Positions 25,960-39,355 are shown, counted from the whole stretch's first letter. The stretch: DNA of 63,995 nucleotides, filler included, from Catajapyx aquilonaris (GCA_000934665.2; 4 parts of 4 records of this genome joined end to end with filler, not necessarily neighbours in it); one strand, 5' to 3'. Numbers and translations are program-made. Notes: a model not told the origin generated them from the letters alone.

Positions 25960-26330
25960 CCTAACTGGTCGTGAATCTCGTGGTCCACTCCGAACTTCCA
26001 ACAGTTTCTATTCAAATTCCAACCTGGAAGTAATTACGAATCTGATCCATGCTGCCACAAATCTGCTGGGCGTTTGTTCTTGGACCACAGGGTACTGGCC
26101 GAGGTTAGGACCGAAATAAAAGGAGACGCATTAGTGGTGGGCGAAGCGGTACATACGGATTGTGGCTGTTGTCGAGGAAAGTAAATCTGCAAGCAGACAT
26201 TCGACATGGGCCCTGGAATCCCCGGGTAACCGAGGCCCGCGCTGGGACCTACTTTATGCCGCCATAAATTCTGCCAACTCCTCACTGGAGATTTATAAAA
26301 CCCTGCACTTTTCTCCGCGGAGAGACCATC
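25960..26330 (+). pseudogene. Highly degenerate LTR-retrotransposon integrase remnant
   Basis: Fragments VNL-GPLRTS and WDLLYAAINSANSS..TLHFSP resemble Gypsy integrase motifs (D..GPLP.S and W...L..AINSA....T.FSP). Contains frameshifts and stops. Confidence 0.3.
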
Positions 26331-26686
26331 CATCTGTCGACGCTCAATGTTTGTGTCCTTGTTTGGCCACTTACAGTATTCTTGGGGTTCTGCGTGTAAA
26401 GAGTTTTTTATGAGAATCATAGCTGCATCAGATAGTGTCGGGTGCTTTTGATAAGACGAAGTCTTTGTTCAGAGTTTCGCTAATAATATTGTCAGTGGTG
26501 GGTGTATTATTCCTGTAGAAAGTCGGTTCCTCCAGGAAGGTGTCCTTCCTACGACATCATCCTGAGATGATGCTATGTCAAATGGAGAGTTGCTAAAATT
26601 CACCTGAAATGAAAAAGTGTCACTTTCAACAGCTAGTTCCACTGCTACATTCCTAAGCTTGATATATTACTTCTTTTCCTCATCAG

Positions 26687-26818
26687 GTTACTACGCGGAG
26701 GCGCTTTCGACTGGAGAAGAAACTCGAGGAAATGCCACTGTTCGTGTTAGGAATGATACAAGAGGCTTTCATCTCAACAATCTCTCCTACGCCGGGCCCA
26801 TTATTATGGGAGTTGGAG
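26687..26818 (+). CDS. Single internal exon of a TMEM200-like membrane protein
   Basis: Polypyrimidine-CAG acceptor and GT donor, 132 nt, phase 1-1. Encodes GYYAEALSTGEETRGNATVRVRNDTRGFHLNNLSYAGPIIMGVG, where GPIIMG.G recalls TMEM200. No other exons recognised. Confidence 0.62.
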
Positions 26819-29428
26819 GTAATGTCTACCAGTCGTATAATTTATGTGTTGTCATACTTGGAAATGGGTTCATTGTGAAGTTCGCACTGGATGCGGATGG
26901 TCCCTTGGGGCCTAAGTTTGCTATGCATTCACTTTGTAGCTCGACCTGCACTCCTGTAACCCATGGCCATAACAGTAGCCGAGTGATTACGGTTTTATGT
27001 TATTGTTAGAGATCAACCTCGGACGACCAGGAAGAGAAATGTCGCACTGAAGCACTGAGCATATCTCACTTTAAATCCTGTGAACCAATGAGGCAACAGA
27101 AGCAACTTAACATATTCATTCAATATAATACATAATTACTTCATAACGTATGTTCCCGATGCAAATCAATACGGAGGCCTCGACGTATGCCCCATGGTGA
27201 TCATTAGGGGTAGTTTTTAACGGGGAAGGTTTTTATCACATTGGACTTGACCTCCGAGGTCATCCTTGGCCGCAGGAGGCGAAATACCATGTCCCCATAA
27301 GGTCCCATCACGTTTATCACGCAGCTAATATCCTCATCACCAACAGTAATATTATAGCTACTTCCCAAAGCAGCGATTGTTACTTCCGGCTCGCCATCTC
27401 CTAGAAACCGTTCCAAATCGAACGCCGGTTCTTTTCATCAAATTTCAGCGGTGCTAAATACTCGTCGTGTGAGGTTCCTTCTCTCCTTGGCAGACCAGTA
27501 TAGGATAAGTTTTTATTGAAAGAACTTTGACACTCATATTAAAGGCTCCTAATGCAAAAACCTGACAAGTGCAATACAAGCACTTCAGAGATGTAGTTGT
27601 AAAAAATTTATATTTCTAAGTGGTGTATGATCTTGTTCAATAAGGATTTGAAGAGGATTTCGATTATGATATACAGTATAATAAAACAATCTATATAAAT
27701 TCGCTCCCCTTCCCCCTAACCATATTCCATGCAGCTTCTAATAGCCTACATGTTGCATTTTATTCTGCCATAATACTTTGGGCTATAAACTAAATGTAAC
27801 TTTTTATTTCAAACTATCTATTGACGTATCCAGAAAAAATGACCTAGTTGTGTCATCATCACACAAACTATCAGCCTGCGCTTGATCTACTCTGATATCT
27901 CAGCTCACAAACTTCTGCAAACGTCAGTCGACAAAGTTTTTTACGGGCAGGAATTCACTTTAGAGGCGTCACTTCTCCCAGATTTGTGGCGAAAAATTGC
28001 GCAGAATTCTAGGAATGAACTTCAATATTTAAGGAGACATTTCCGGATTACTTCTTTATGCATCTCTGCGGGAATATTTTGATTAGACGAAAATGACGTC
28101 GAAGTGGGTCCCGTACTTTGGGACCCCTTTTTTCCCCAAAAGATGCAGGCTTCGGTGGTAGCAGGGTTTTTCCCCATTTCATTCTTTTGACTTTTGGCTG
28201 TCAACTTATTTGACAGCGACTTGAAATTATTGGAAGTTCCAAAGGCGCGAGAATGTCATCCAAGGACGCGTAGATGGAGAATCCTGTGATTAATCGACCT
28301 TCAGCCACATAGTGGCACGGGTATGAAAATGTCAAGAACATACTTTTTAGGGCCCTTTCCCATTCCTTGCTACATCACGGTTAAGAGAGTAGGGAAAAAA
28401 TCACAGCAGGAAACCCCATGCTTTTCCCAAACCTCGGCAATTATTCATACAACGCGTCCACTGCGCGTTTCAACTTTTCCAGGTTCACAGCAGAGACCAA
28501 CTGCAATATTGGCTAAATGAAACTGTAGCTACTGTGCTAGGTATTATCATAATACCATCTAGGCATTACAGCAGGGTAATACAGAAGGGTAAGTGCATTC
28601 GCATGTGATTTTGCAGTACAATTCGAGAGGGAGTAGTACAGTGATTTGGAGGTTCATTACACTTACATTAATTTATTGCTTCGTTAATGTGGATGAAAGC
28701 AAGGGAGAGTTTTAGCCATTCCTCCCGAAATCTTGCCAATAGGAAAGGAGGAAGATACTCAGGGATCTACAGATTGGGATCCAGCTGACGTATACGTATA
28801 GTATCAACGTTAAGCCGTTTCAGAGAATGGTCACTCCAGTTGATGTATCGTCTCGCCATTCCTTCCCAATATAATGGTCTTATGTTCAGTCGACCCCATA
28901 CTCATCAGTACCGGTACTGATAACAGAGACAATGTGCAATAGTTAGGTATCTCCAGTAAGTCAGTCTCGCCTTGCGAACATGCGTGTAACTACACAGCTC
29001 TGCCTCTAACTGTTTCAAGTTAATCGCATAATTATGCAAAATATGCCTGTCGAATCATTATCCTGATCATTGAACGTCTTTAAAATAGTGATTATTCGTA
29101 GCCTCCGTTCTTTTCCTGTGGTAATTCTCATTATACAATCACAACCACGTTCAGATCTTCCGCGATGTTGAGTATTATATGCCCACAGCGGAGTCGTAAC
29201 TTTCCTTTGCTATCCCCAGGTATGAAACACAATAGGGCCTCTTTGGTCCTAACCCGAAGCACTCCAAGCTATCATCCTGTAGAATCATCCGCAATTTATC
29301 CCAGTTACTACCAATTCCCAACTCATCCTTTATTCGCTTGAAAGGCTTGAAACTGGAGAGCCTTATATACATGGTTTTCTAAGGGGTTGGAAGGAAAAAG
29401 CAATATAGGCTATGTGCATCAGTGTATA

Positions 29429-29844
29429 CAGGGATCGGAAATTTAACCTACCGTCGCTTTGGGAAATGATAGAGGGGTTCTAGGCGATCACTTTGAGTAT
29501 GTGCAACATGAGTCTCCGACGCATAGTTACCGAGATAATTAGCATTAAATAAAAAGTGCATTATCCCAGCCTGTAGGTTTCGGATACTGCTTACGACACT
29601 TCCATCGCCTAGGCCATTCCCTGCTACACCTAACAGGATCGTAAATTAAAATTAAATTACATAGTAACAGCTCAAATTTAAATGAAAAAGGTAATGTCGC
29701 GTGGAGGGATTTTATACCTTGTGTGTGAAGCACATTATCTCGGTAACTATGCGTCAGAGACCCATGTTGCATATACTCAAAGTGATAGCCTAGAACCCAT
29801 CTATCATTTCCCAAAGCGACGGTAGGTTAAATTTCCGAACCCCG
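29429..29844. mobile_element. Tc1/mariner-type MITE
   Basis: ~110-bp inverted arms (..CGGAAATTTAACCTACCGTCGCTTTGGGAAATGATAGA..) with TA flanks. Confidence 0.82.
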
Positions 29845-30519
29845 TACAGTATAATGGATGAACTGAAAAGGATATAGGCTAATGCCATCATCCAGGGTTC
29901 CACGTTTAAAAACTCCACGAGGAAAATGCTTTATAAACACCGCCGTGTACAGTTGGGAAGCAGTAATAATTATGTACACTATACAATAATTAGCACTAAG
30001 TTATACATGGTTACTATAAAAGAAATAGACACTTTCTACGCATTAAAGAAATCAAAGTACAGTATTATTGACATAGAGTCCAAATACGAGTACTTACATA
30101 GTTTTTAGTGCATGTCTTTAAGTTTTTATGACTCAGTTACGAAATAATGTTCCAAGTGTGAACGTTTTGTCACGCTATGATATTAATACGAAAATTCAAC
30201 GTCGAGGCAGATTTTGATCCAGCTATGCCTCGTCTCCAAAAACACAATGAATCAAAATTTTCCTCGACTTTGGATTGGCCGCTCAGCAGACCAGAATATG
30301 GCACTGACACGTTGGCCACCATCCCACCCACAAATCTGAATTTAACTCGACTTGCGATTTTTCCTTGTGGGTATATATCAAAGACAAATTTTGTGTTCCT
30401 CCACTTCTTGTAAGTGTAAACGATCTAAAACAATCGAAAACAATGCATCACAACAGTTGTTACGAGTGCTAGTGAGGACATGTTCAATGTGTTTGGGATA
30501 AATTGCATTATCGCATTAA

Positions 30520-31348
30520 CCCTTAACTTGCAACGTGGGGTCCTTTTCGGACCCCAGTGTATACTTATGTCACCACCCTGAAGCATGTTTTTGTCAAAAT
30601 GAAAATTCCCCCTATATTCCTGAAATATACTCTTTGACACCTGAAAAAAATTATGAGCGACGAAAGAAATTTCTAAAGGGAGTTAACGTCATATAAACGT
30701 TCACAAGTAGCCTTGGGGTCCAAAAAGGACCCCACGTTGCAAGTTAGCGACCAGTTTTTTCCGACCCTAAATAGACACGACAAATTCATGATGTAGCAGG
30801 GGGGGAAATCGCACAGGTGTAAAAAAAAATTATCCGTGTATAGTTTTGTACATGCAGTGAAACCTGTCCATAGCGGACCCTGAATATAACGGAAACTTGT
30901 CCATTGCGTAATTTTTCCTGGGAACTGGCTTATCCACAGTACATGAATTCCGCGTCGAATGTAAAGGAAACCTGTCCATTACGGAAAATGTTACGGTACC
31001 GTGCGATTCCGCTATACACAGGTTTCACACCAACGCAACGGGAAGTCAAGCGTTAGTCAACCAGATCCAGTTTCAGTTCTGCCCCATGATAAGGAGACTA
31101 CCATTACAGCTGCTGGGTCACTCTGGGATACGGGTAAACAGTATAGCCTAAACAGCGCAGCGCCTCATGAGTCAACCAAGGGTCAGAGGAGGTCAAATTT
31201 TTTTTAAAAAACTGTCACTTATAGTCCCGGATAAATTTAGGAAGCATTTATATTTTGATGGTTTTGTTAATGTAAGTTAACGACGTGGGGTCCAAAAGGA
31301 CCCCACTTTGCAAGTTAAGCATGACTAAATGAGATTGCCAGTTAAGGG
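30520..31348. mobile_element. piggyBac-type MITE with a nested Tigger-like MITE (~30855-31030)
   Basis: TTAA TSDs at 30516-30519 and 31349-31352, TIR CCCTTAACT, and subterminal palindromes GGGGTCC..GGACCCC. Confidence 0.8.
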
Positions 31349-31494
31349 TTAATGGTTAATATCTGTTGTGTGACAAAACGCACACACATAGAATATAAGT
31401 GACTTAGGGCCAGTTGCACCGGCCTCAGTATAACCTTTCAATCAATTATTGATAAAAAAGGAGCTCAATCATGATATAATTATGACCGGTTAGG

Positions 31495-31840
31495 TTGGTT
31501 GGTTGGTTGGTTGGTAGGAAGGGTTACCCAGCTTGTATGGCTCTGTGTGAGTCGAGCCTTGGCAGCCGGGGGTAGGAGAGGAAGGTGTGGGATTGCTAGG
31601 TAGGGGTGGGTGAGAAGGGTGGGGGAGAGGAGGGCTGGCCCCGGCTGTACTGCAATGCCGGGTCCAGCCCAGGGACGGGGGTGGGATATTCTCCCAAGCA
31701 CCCCGTCCAACCAAGAAATGCGAGTCAGGTCCGAGGACCGCTCGAGGAAGAGAGTACCGTCGCTGGCGAACCAGACGGGACCTCATACAACCTCATTCAG
31801 TATAGAAAAAAAAATGAATGAATGTACCGTATGAAAAAAA
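31495..31840 (-). mobile_element. Short retroposed element with an (AACC)n tail
   Basis: 14-bp direct repeat TATGACCGGTTAGG at 31481-31494 and 31841-31854. GC-rich, hairpin-forming body. Confidence 0.65.
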
Positions 31841-32062
31841 TATGACCGGTTAGGCAGTTTGGGCCTCTACTTGTTGAGCCATTACAACCTACCCGTCTGC
31901 GGCGATAAATGGGAAAAATGAATTGACGGATTGTGCCTGTTCCAGACTGCAGGCATTTGGCAGTCTGAATAAAGGCCGGTATCCACGTACGAGAATGTCG
32001 CATACGAGGAGCCGCGAGGAGCCAACTGCGCATGCCCAGATACGAGAAAATGAGAAAAAGTA

Positions 32063-32162
32063 NNNNNNNNNNNNNNNNNNNNNNNNNNNNNNNNNNNNNN
32101 NNNNNNTTAATTAATTAANNNNNNNNNNNNNNNNNNNNNNNNNNNNNNNNNNNNNNNNNNNN
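32063..32162. other. Artificial contig spacer
   Basis: 100 nt of N with TTAATTAATTAA. Confidence 0.95.
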
Positions 32163-32244
32163 TCAGGTATATTATGCAGACATACACTGTGTATACCTTA
32201 TGAACACTGTTTATAAGACTTGGGAGTAAAATGACTTGTACAAA

Positions 32245-33205
32245 ATCCCAAATGTCTGGACTGGGCTGATGGCTCTTACGTTGGAACCACTTGGCATATC
32301 TCAGGTTGGTGTGACCTATTGGCCTATCCCAACATTGTCTGCCTTACTTGTATGATGTTTCCCCTCTTGATTGTGATAGGAGAATGCTGGATTGATAGGT
32401 GCATGGGCCATAGTGACCAGCTGTATTGGAATGGTGCTAGTGACTCGATTTAATGATGTTCTTAACGGACATCTCAAATTAAGTCCCTCACTTCTGATGA
32501 TTGGGACTTGCGTGTGCTATGTATGGTTGGCACTCATCTGCCTGAGAGTTATTCCTTTTTCTGAAGGTATGAGAGAAGCACTTGATGGTGGAGGTCAGTT
32601 CTGATTTAACTCATTCTTATTCTTTCAGTTCAACTCTATGCAGCGGTCATCTTAGGAGCAACGTTCAATTTTGCAGCTTATCCATTATTCCTGGAAGGTG
32701 CAGTTGAAGTGGCATATCCAGTGTCGGAAGCTATTGTTGGAGGATGTGTGGGATTTGGCTGCAATATCATTGCAGGACTGTTTTACTTCATATTCTTCAT
32801 TCCAAACATAGGTAGAGTATGATTATTATATCCATATCGTACTAGTTTATAAAAAGAGAAAGCACAGGGCTATAATGATGGCCATGAGATCTGTTATTGG
32901 GCATGCAAGAATCTTTCTACAGCCACAGGCCAAAAACTTACGTAATAAATAATGACAAACGACTGATATTCCAAAAGGTTTGATGACGTACAGGCGTTGT
33001 CATCAATATTAAATTAATGACTAGTTGAAACAAGCTCTTGGTTGAAATAATACTAACACATAGTATAATAATATTACTCTCCCTTCCAGGCTACTTGTGG
33101 ATGAATTATGCACTAATTGCTTCCACATCTGTGATTTTACCTGTGTTATTTGTGATGATGATAAAATATTTAAGTTTATGTATAAGGCACCCATTGAAGT
33201 TGTGA
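32245..33205 (+). CDS. 3' exons of an SLC49A4/DIRC2-like MFS transporter (possibly a pseudogenised fragment)
   Basis: Exons ~32245-32304, 32380-32566, 32629-32811, 33090-33205 splice in frame: WTGLMALTLEPLGISQ|ENAGLIGAWAIV..RFNDVLNGHLKL..|QLYAAVILG..PLFLEGAVEVAYPVSEAIVGG..|YLWMNYAL. This matches the recalled DIRC2 C-terminal half. Confidence 0.72.
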
Positions 33206-33459
33206 CGTTCCATCACTGGAGTGGCAAATGCGTGCGGTGCGGAGACCTGGGGGGGGGNGGGGGGGGGGGGGGAGAAAGAGAGAGAGCTGTTCCTGTCTGT
33301 CATTTGTGTTCAGCCCCGCCTGCACTCTCCTGCTGCGTGAGCTTACCTGATCTCCCCCACCGAGGGATATTGGCCACGGTCGGCTCTAGAGTCATGCACG
33401 GGGTGGGGGGTAGCAATGTATGTGTTAGGCTCAAACCCCGAAAACGGCCATTGCGCGAA

Positions 33460-33630
33460 AAAACCGTCCATTCTGCAGAATGCTCATTGTCCAACCATCC
33501 ATTCTGCAGAATGGACGGTTTGACATGGAGCATTGTGCAGAATGGATGTTTTAAACAGTTTTAATTTTTAAACCGTCCATTCTGCAGAATGCTCCTTTCT
33601 CAAACCATCCATTCTGCAGAATGGACGGTT
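33460..33630. repeat. Cluster of CATTCTGCAGAATG palindromes
   Basis: Four exact and one variant copy, within AAACC(G/A)TCC.../...GGACGGTTT units. Confidence 0.8.
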
Positions 33631-33879
33631 TAATGAAAGGGCCAGAGCCCGAAATGCTCTTTTTAAGGCCAGAATGCTTTCCTGGGCGAAACTTACACGT
33701 CAGGACGCCAATTTCGTGTCGGGGGATGGCTGGTTTAGAAGACGCCCATAACTCGTTGTGGCAGTTTCCTGTTTCCCACTGTGCCATGTAGAAGCTGGAA
33801 ATAAATCACCCTATTGTTGTTTGGCAAATGGTTGAAATACTTAACATTTGATCATGCTGTTTATTTTCCAGGAACTATT

Positions 33880-34034
33880 ACCTCCAAATATTTATTACCA
33901 TTATTACTAGTACATCATTTCCAAGAACGGTGTTACCTCCAAATATTTGATATCATTATTACTAGTACATCATTTCCAAGAACTGTGTTAGGCCTACCTC
34001 CAAATATTTATAACCATTATTACTAGTACATCAT
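33880..34034 (+). repeat. ~52-57-bp tandem repeat, about 3 copies
   Basis: Unit ACCTCCAAATATTT..CATTATTACTAGTACATCAT(TTCCAAGAAC). Confidence 0.85.
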
Positions 34035-34599
34035 AAAGGTCCGTGCCATATGACTCGTAAGGAGTTCCTGCACTACCCGGATTATTATTATTTTTTTAAA
34101 GTGAAGCATAATTATGTAGTGTATTTCATTCTTGCATACCCACCACCTCTACCGCCACAACACTCCCGGGCTATACACCGGGTTACTTGCTACACAGGCA
34201 ATCTATCACAGGTAATGAATGACAAACTTTTGTTTCAATTACTCCGCAATGGCCCATAAGTCCAGTTTCAAGGCATATCGAGTGTATGGAACGCATATTT
34301 TTACAAACAAACTTCCTAAAATATACAATGCTCCTACAGTTACCACCACAAGACACCCGGGCAACGCTGGGCGACCTGCGGGTACCTCATACTGTAAATG
34401 GTTTTTTGGACTTACACTTTAGTGGAATTCTCTGGTGTGTCCACGATAATTATAACAAAGTCAAAACCAAAATGTCTTTATTATGATAGCATCCTAGTCA
34501 CTGTACGAGTACGTACAATACAATTTGAACGAAACAGGACATCATTTTGTTGACGATAAGAACGGAGAGATATTATTTTTCTATCGCGGAACCAATAAA

Positions 34600-37115
34600 T
34601 TAGGGGGCAGACTTAGCTATGATTTTGGGCAAGACGTAATCGTGAAACATGGACCACGCAACTCCTCCTGTGAGTGCCACAACTACCACGCCTTGTGCCG
34701 TAACTCGAAGGTGCATCAAATACACCGAAGTTGACATGGCTCCTCGATTCTTGAATTTATAAGCTCCGTAGATTACTGCACCTGCCAGCCCAGCTAAACC
34801 TGTAGTGAAAAGTAGTGCCTCACACAACGTATTTGATGTTTTAAAAAAATGATAAGATAAGATAGGCATAATATACAGCATACAGTGGGCTCGCCTTATC
34901 CAGGTAAATAGTGAAAAAAACCTGCAATTTCATGTCCCAGCTAATTTCTGGACTTAATGTAACATCTGAAAACCAGATAACACGCAAAGAAATAATATTG
35001 CAACTTGCGGAATACGGGCACATAACAAATGAGAAAATTATTTCATATTTTTCTTTAGGTCACAGATCGTGACATGTCACGTCCGTGGCTTACTTGTCCC
35101 AGCCTTCACTTTCGTAGTTTTGTCAATTTTTATGCAAGGCATGTTATTTCACTTTTTATATTGGAGTAATGGAGAAGGAATACTGAAGGTAAAGGCTAGT
35201 GCAATCTTTGTCCTGAAGTTCCAAAATGCATCGATTTTATTGCAAGAGGAATTTTGTCCCAAGGTTTCTAGTCACGTCCGTGGACAAAAACAAAAACTGT
35301 TATAAAATCATCCAGGAAGCAGCAATGAGCAGGATTTTTGTCTCTTCGCTTGCTGATGCAGCCATATTGAGAAACTGAATCAAAAACCTGTTGGGTTGGT
35401 TGCATGAAGGCGTGTAATTCTGCTCTAAACGCGGTCAGATTTAGTGAAGTGTCGAGATCAGTGCGTCACGTCTGTGGCACCTGGTAAATGTAGGTAAGCA
35501 GTTCAAATGTCAATTTTTGCTCAAGTACGGCGTGTGCTATTAGGAACAAAGAGCTTACTCATTTGAACTAAAAGTTTGTAACCTAAAGTTACTACGTTTT
35601 ACGTGGAATAAACAGATAGTACGTCACGTCTGTGGACACTACCCATCCACAGGCGGGGTCATATGTTCAAGGACATGATTTTAATAACCTATTTGAATGT
35701 TTTGGACCATCTATACCATGGGTGGAATTTTCGTCGTACTACTAGTTACTTTTAACTTAGCAGTACCAGTGTAATGCAATGGTACTGCTAAGTTAAAAGT
35801 AACTAGTATAGTTCCATAAATTCCACCCCATGTTTCTAATGCGCTCATAGCTGTACTCTACTTATTGTCAGATGTAAGCATATACGGATAGGTCTCGAGT
35901 ATACTCTGAATTTCCACATTAATTTTCTTGTTTCATTGCATTTGAAGCGATTTGAAGTATTACTTACATTTATATTGGGAACTGTGCTAGCCACTTGGTT
36001 CGGTTCTACACCCTGTGCCACACTTAGTTCGTCAATGTCAAGTAGACTCTGTATTCTTAACTGTGTGAATACAGCTGTAGATACAGCATTTTTATAATTT
36101 ATTTTAAAATGTGAAATATAAGTCTACGATCTCGGCCGTTATTTTTGTGGGAACACCGGAGGTAATAACTATTTTAATTTTTTAAAAATCTTTAAAGGAC
36201 ATTTACATTAAAAAAAATTTTTGGTAATGAAATTGCACCTTTTTCACTATTGACCCATCCGCGAGTTACGTATATCCTCGGATTCAACTAACCACTGCAC
36301 TGCACTGCACTGCACTGATCGAAAATATTACAAACAACCATACAAACATACAAACAAACCCATAAATAAATAAATGGATGAATAAATGAATAAATAAATA
36401 AATAATATCATATAATATAAAAATAAAAATAAACGAATTTCCAATATGGTCATCGAAACTTGCATTTGCCGCCCGCCGAGCACTACAATAGAGCATAAAG
36501 GCCATTTCACAAAAAAAAAAAAAAAAAAAAAAACTCGCGGCAAACGGCGCGCGTTGCGGCATATTTATTATTTATATTTATTATTGCCAATAATTAATAA
36601 TAATAATTGGCGGGGCAGGCGTTTGCCGCTTGACGCTGCCGCAAAATCTTTTTGTGTTTTGGCCTTAACAACTACTGTACATCAATGAAAAGAGCACCGA
36701 AACTTTCCGATTAACATTGAGGAGATAGGCAATTAAAACTTTCAAATGTGTTCATTTACTTTGTTTCTGATGCGGCATACGCCATTCTTGTTCTCAACCA
36801 CTCATTTATACAGTATACGGCAATATTTATATTGTATTAGGTATTATAATTATTTATCTAGAGATAATTTAAAGTGTACGGGAGGATGTGCGTACATTAT
36901 ATCCGCAGGAAGTCCCGGAACTAATCACCCGCGGTTATGAAGGGCCGATAGTATTACATTTTTGAGTTATTTTTTCATTATTGAAACACATCTACAGTAT
37001 GTTGTATAACTGATCACTTACCAAGAGGCATGAAAGGATCATCCTTAGCCTTTCTGGCCAAACGTGACGATTGGCTTTCCTCTTCGGCAGGCGTATACTG
37101 TTGTGCTGGTTCCAT
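34600..37115 (-). CDS. HIGD1A: HIG1 domain family protein (HIGD1A-like), 97 aa, 2 coding exons
   Basis: Exons 37115-37022 and 34799-34600 with a phase-1 GT-AG intron. SRLARKAKDDPFMPLG|LAGLAGAVIYGAYKFKNRG..SVYLMHLRVTAQGVVV matches the HIG1 signature. Confidence 0.88.
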
Positions 37116-37505
37116 GATTTTTGTTTTCCTGCGGTAGGACAAGAGAAGTGTATCGGTAGCCTTGGTAAATAACACTATGCAACACGATATTTGTCCATGG
37201 AAATTTGTCACCATTTTCGTGTTCCTTAGGTCACTCGTAGCTCATAGTGGGCATTCATTTTGTCTTCAATTTGTTTTTGACCTCGGGGCAGTCAAAAACC
37301 CAAAATCCTCAAATCGGGATTTTTCCCAATCAAGTGGGCCTAGCCCTAGATGTTGCCACCCCACCTCGGAATTTGTTGGAATAAATCTCAGCTGTACACA
37401 CCTATATGCCATAACACTGCATATAAAGTTTCAGCCAAATTGCAAAACATCGTGGGGAGGGAAAAAAATCGCGAAAATGAGGAAATGGGGCCTTTTTTGG
37501 ATACT

Positions 37506-38840
37506 CCGATGTTGAAGTCTAATTTATCCGTATCGTGGTAAAATGGTTCATAAGAGAAAATTATTCCATAGCGCATTCGACTCAGCTCATCGAACTCTAC
37601 AGTGTGCGTAATTTTCACCAAGATCGGAGGGATAATTTTTTCGGTTAATGGAAGTGGTCAAAACCCAATCAACATCAATATACATCAAATGAAAGAGAAA
37701 CACCAGGGTAATGCGGCTATGAAAGGACATGGGTTAAATCCTTATGGAAAAGTGCCCCCAGATGGATTTGGCTGAAACTTGGTCAGTTAATAGACCTTGT
37801 CCTCAGGGTCAATTGTTCTGAAGGCCGAAGAAAATCTACCATGCCGTTTGGCCGCGCCGAAAGTCGGAATTTCAAACTTGTCCGATCTTGGTGAAAATTA
37901 CGCACACTGTAGAGTTCGATGAGCTGAGTCGAATGCGCTATGGAATAATTTTCTCTTATGAACCATTTTACCACGATACGGATAAATTAGACTTCAACAT
38001 CGGGCCTTTTACTGGGACTATATACGTACGGGTGGATTGCAAAGACAGAGTTTAAACAGGGCTCAATTAGATCGCGGTTTAAACCAGGGTTCCGTTTGTA
38101 AAGATGAGGATTAGCCTCGAGACGGGGTTTAAACCGCAGTCTAACTCAGACCACCATCGAGGGTGGTTTAAACTGGGTTCAGACGGCAAAATGAAGTCGG
38201 ATATGGGCTCGATTACACCCGTGATCTTCGCCTTCTGCAGCAATTGAAGAGTCGACCGGCTCGCTGTAGCGTTGTGCACCTCCGGATTTTGCATCGACCC
38301 TATGTAGGCCTACTATGCTGTACTATACAAATATACACTACAATACACCTCATAGTGGTCATAGAAGAACCGCCGGGTTGAGGAAACCTATGGCATTGAT
38401 TGAAGTAGCCTACTATAAAATATTATCTGTTGGGTTCCATGTTTCATGTGTATGTATTCATCTACTTCCATAGTACCCAATAAGGACCATTATCTTGCAT
38501 GTAGCCTGCGATACTTTTATGTCGAGGCTATTATAGACCTAATTATATTGTCACCTATACAGATATAAAACTAACTATAACTATAAAATGGTTTGTCGGA
38601 GAAAATCGTCATGTAGCGCATTCGACTCAGCTCATCAAACTCTCCCGTATGTGTAATTTTCACCAAGATCGGACAACTTTGAAATTCCGACTTTCAGCGC
38701 CTCTAGCGGCCAAACGGCACGGTAGATTTTCTTCGGCCTTCAGAACAATTGACCCTGAGGACAAGGTCTTTTAACTGACCAAGTTTCAGCCAAATCCATC
38801 TGGGGGCACTTTTCCATAAGGATTTAACCCATGTCCTTTG
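37506..38840. mobile_element. Composite foldback element(s)
   Basis: Perfect 123-bp inverted repeat 37506-37628 / 37881-38003. Second inverted pair ~37722-37940 / ~38614-38840. Confidence 0.7.
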
Positions 38841-39355
38841 TTTTCCTCTGAAATGTAACCAGAAAAACCTTCGCGTCATTTCATCAGTCACATGTCCAAG
38901 AATTTGGCTCCACGCAAACAATTCGGCAAAACATGTATATTATTTTCTCGCGAGCCATGCATGACCCAGGATTGAAACTGAACATATTGAATCTTGTATG
39001 GGTGGCAACTCCTGTCACCATTCACCAAATATGGCTGCTCTTACGCAAATACATCACTAATATATTGTTGGGTCTAAATGCTTGGACATGTGACTGAGCA
39101 TGTGACCGATGGAATACCATACATGTTTTTCCTGGTGCATTTTCGAGGATAACAAATTCCATAGGCACATTCTCCTCGCGGTTCTCTTTGACTTGATGTA
39201 TATGGGTGATTCTCCAAATAACTGGCATAATAACTCAAAAATGGCTTGGCGGAGAGAGTTGATTTTTAAATATGTCTATGGTTGCTGTTACCTACTGGAC
39301 GTCCCACTACCTGCCTCTTCCTCCACCTCTCCTCCACAATATTTCACCGACTACC

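Noticed and set aside
27204..27540. Possible viral or transposon coding relic
   Set aside because: Short broken frames with no identifiable motif.
33880..34034. CRISPR-like array
   Set aside because: Units repeat over their full length with no unique spacers. The context is eukaryotic with no cas genes.
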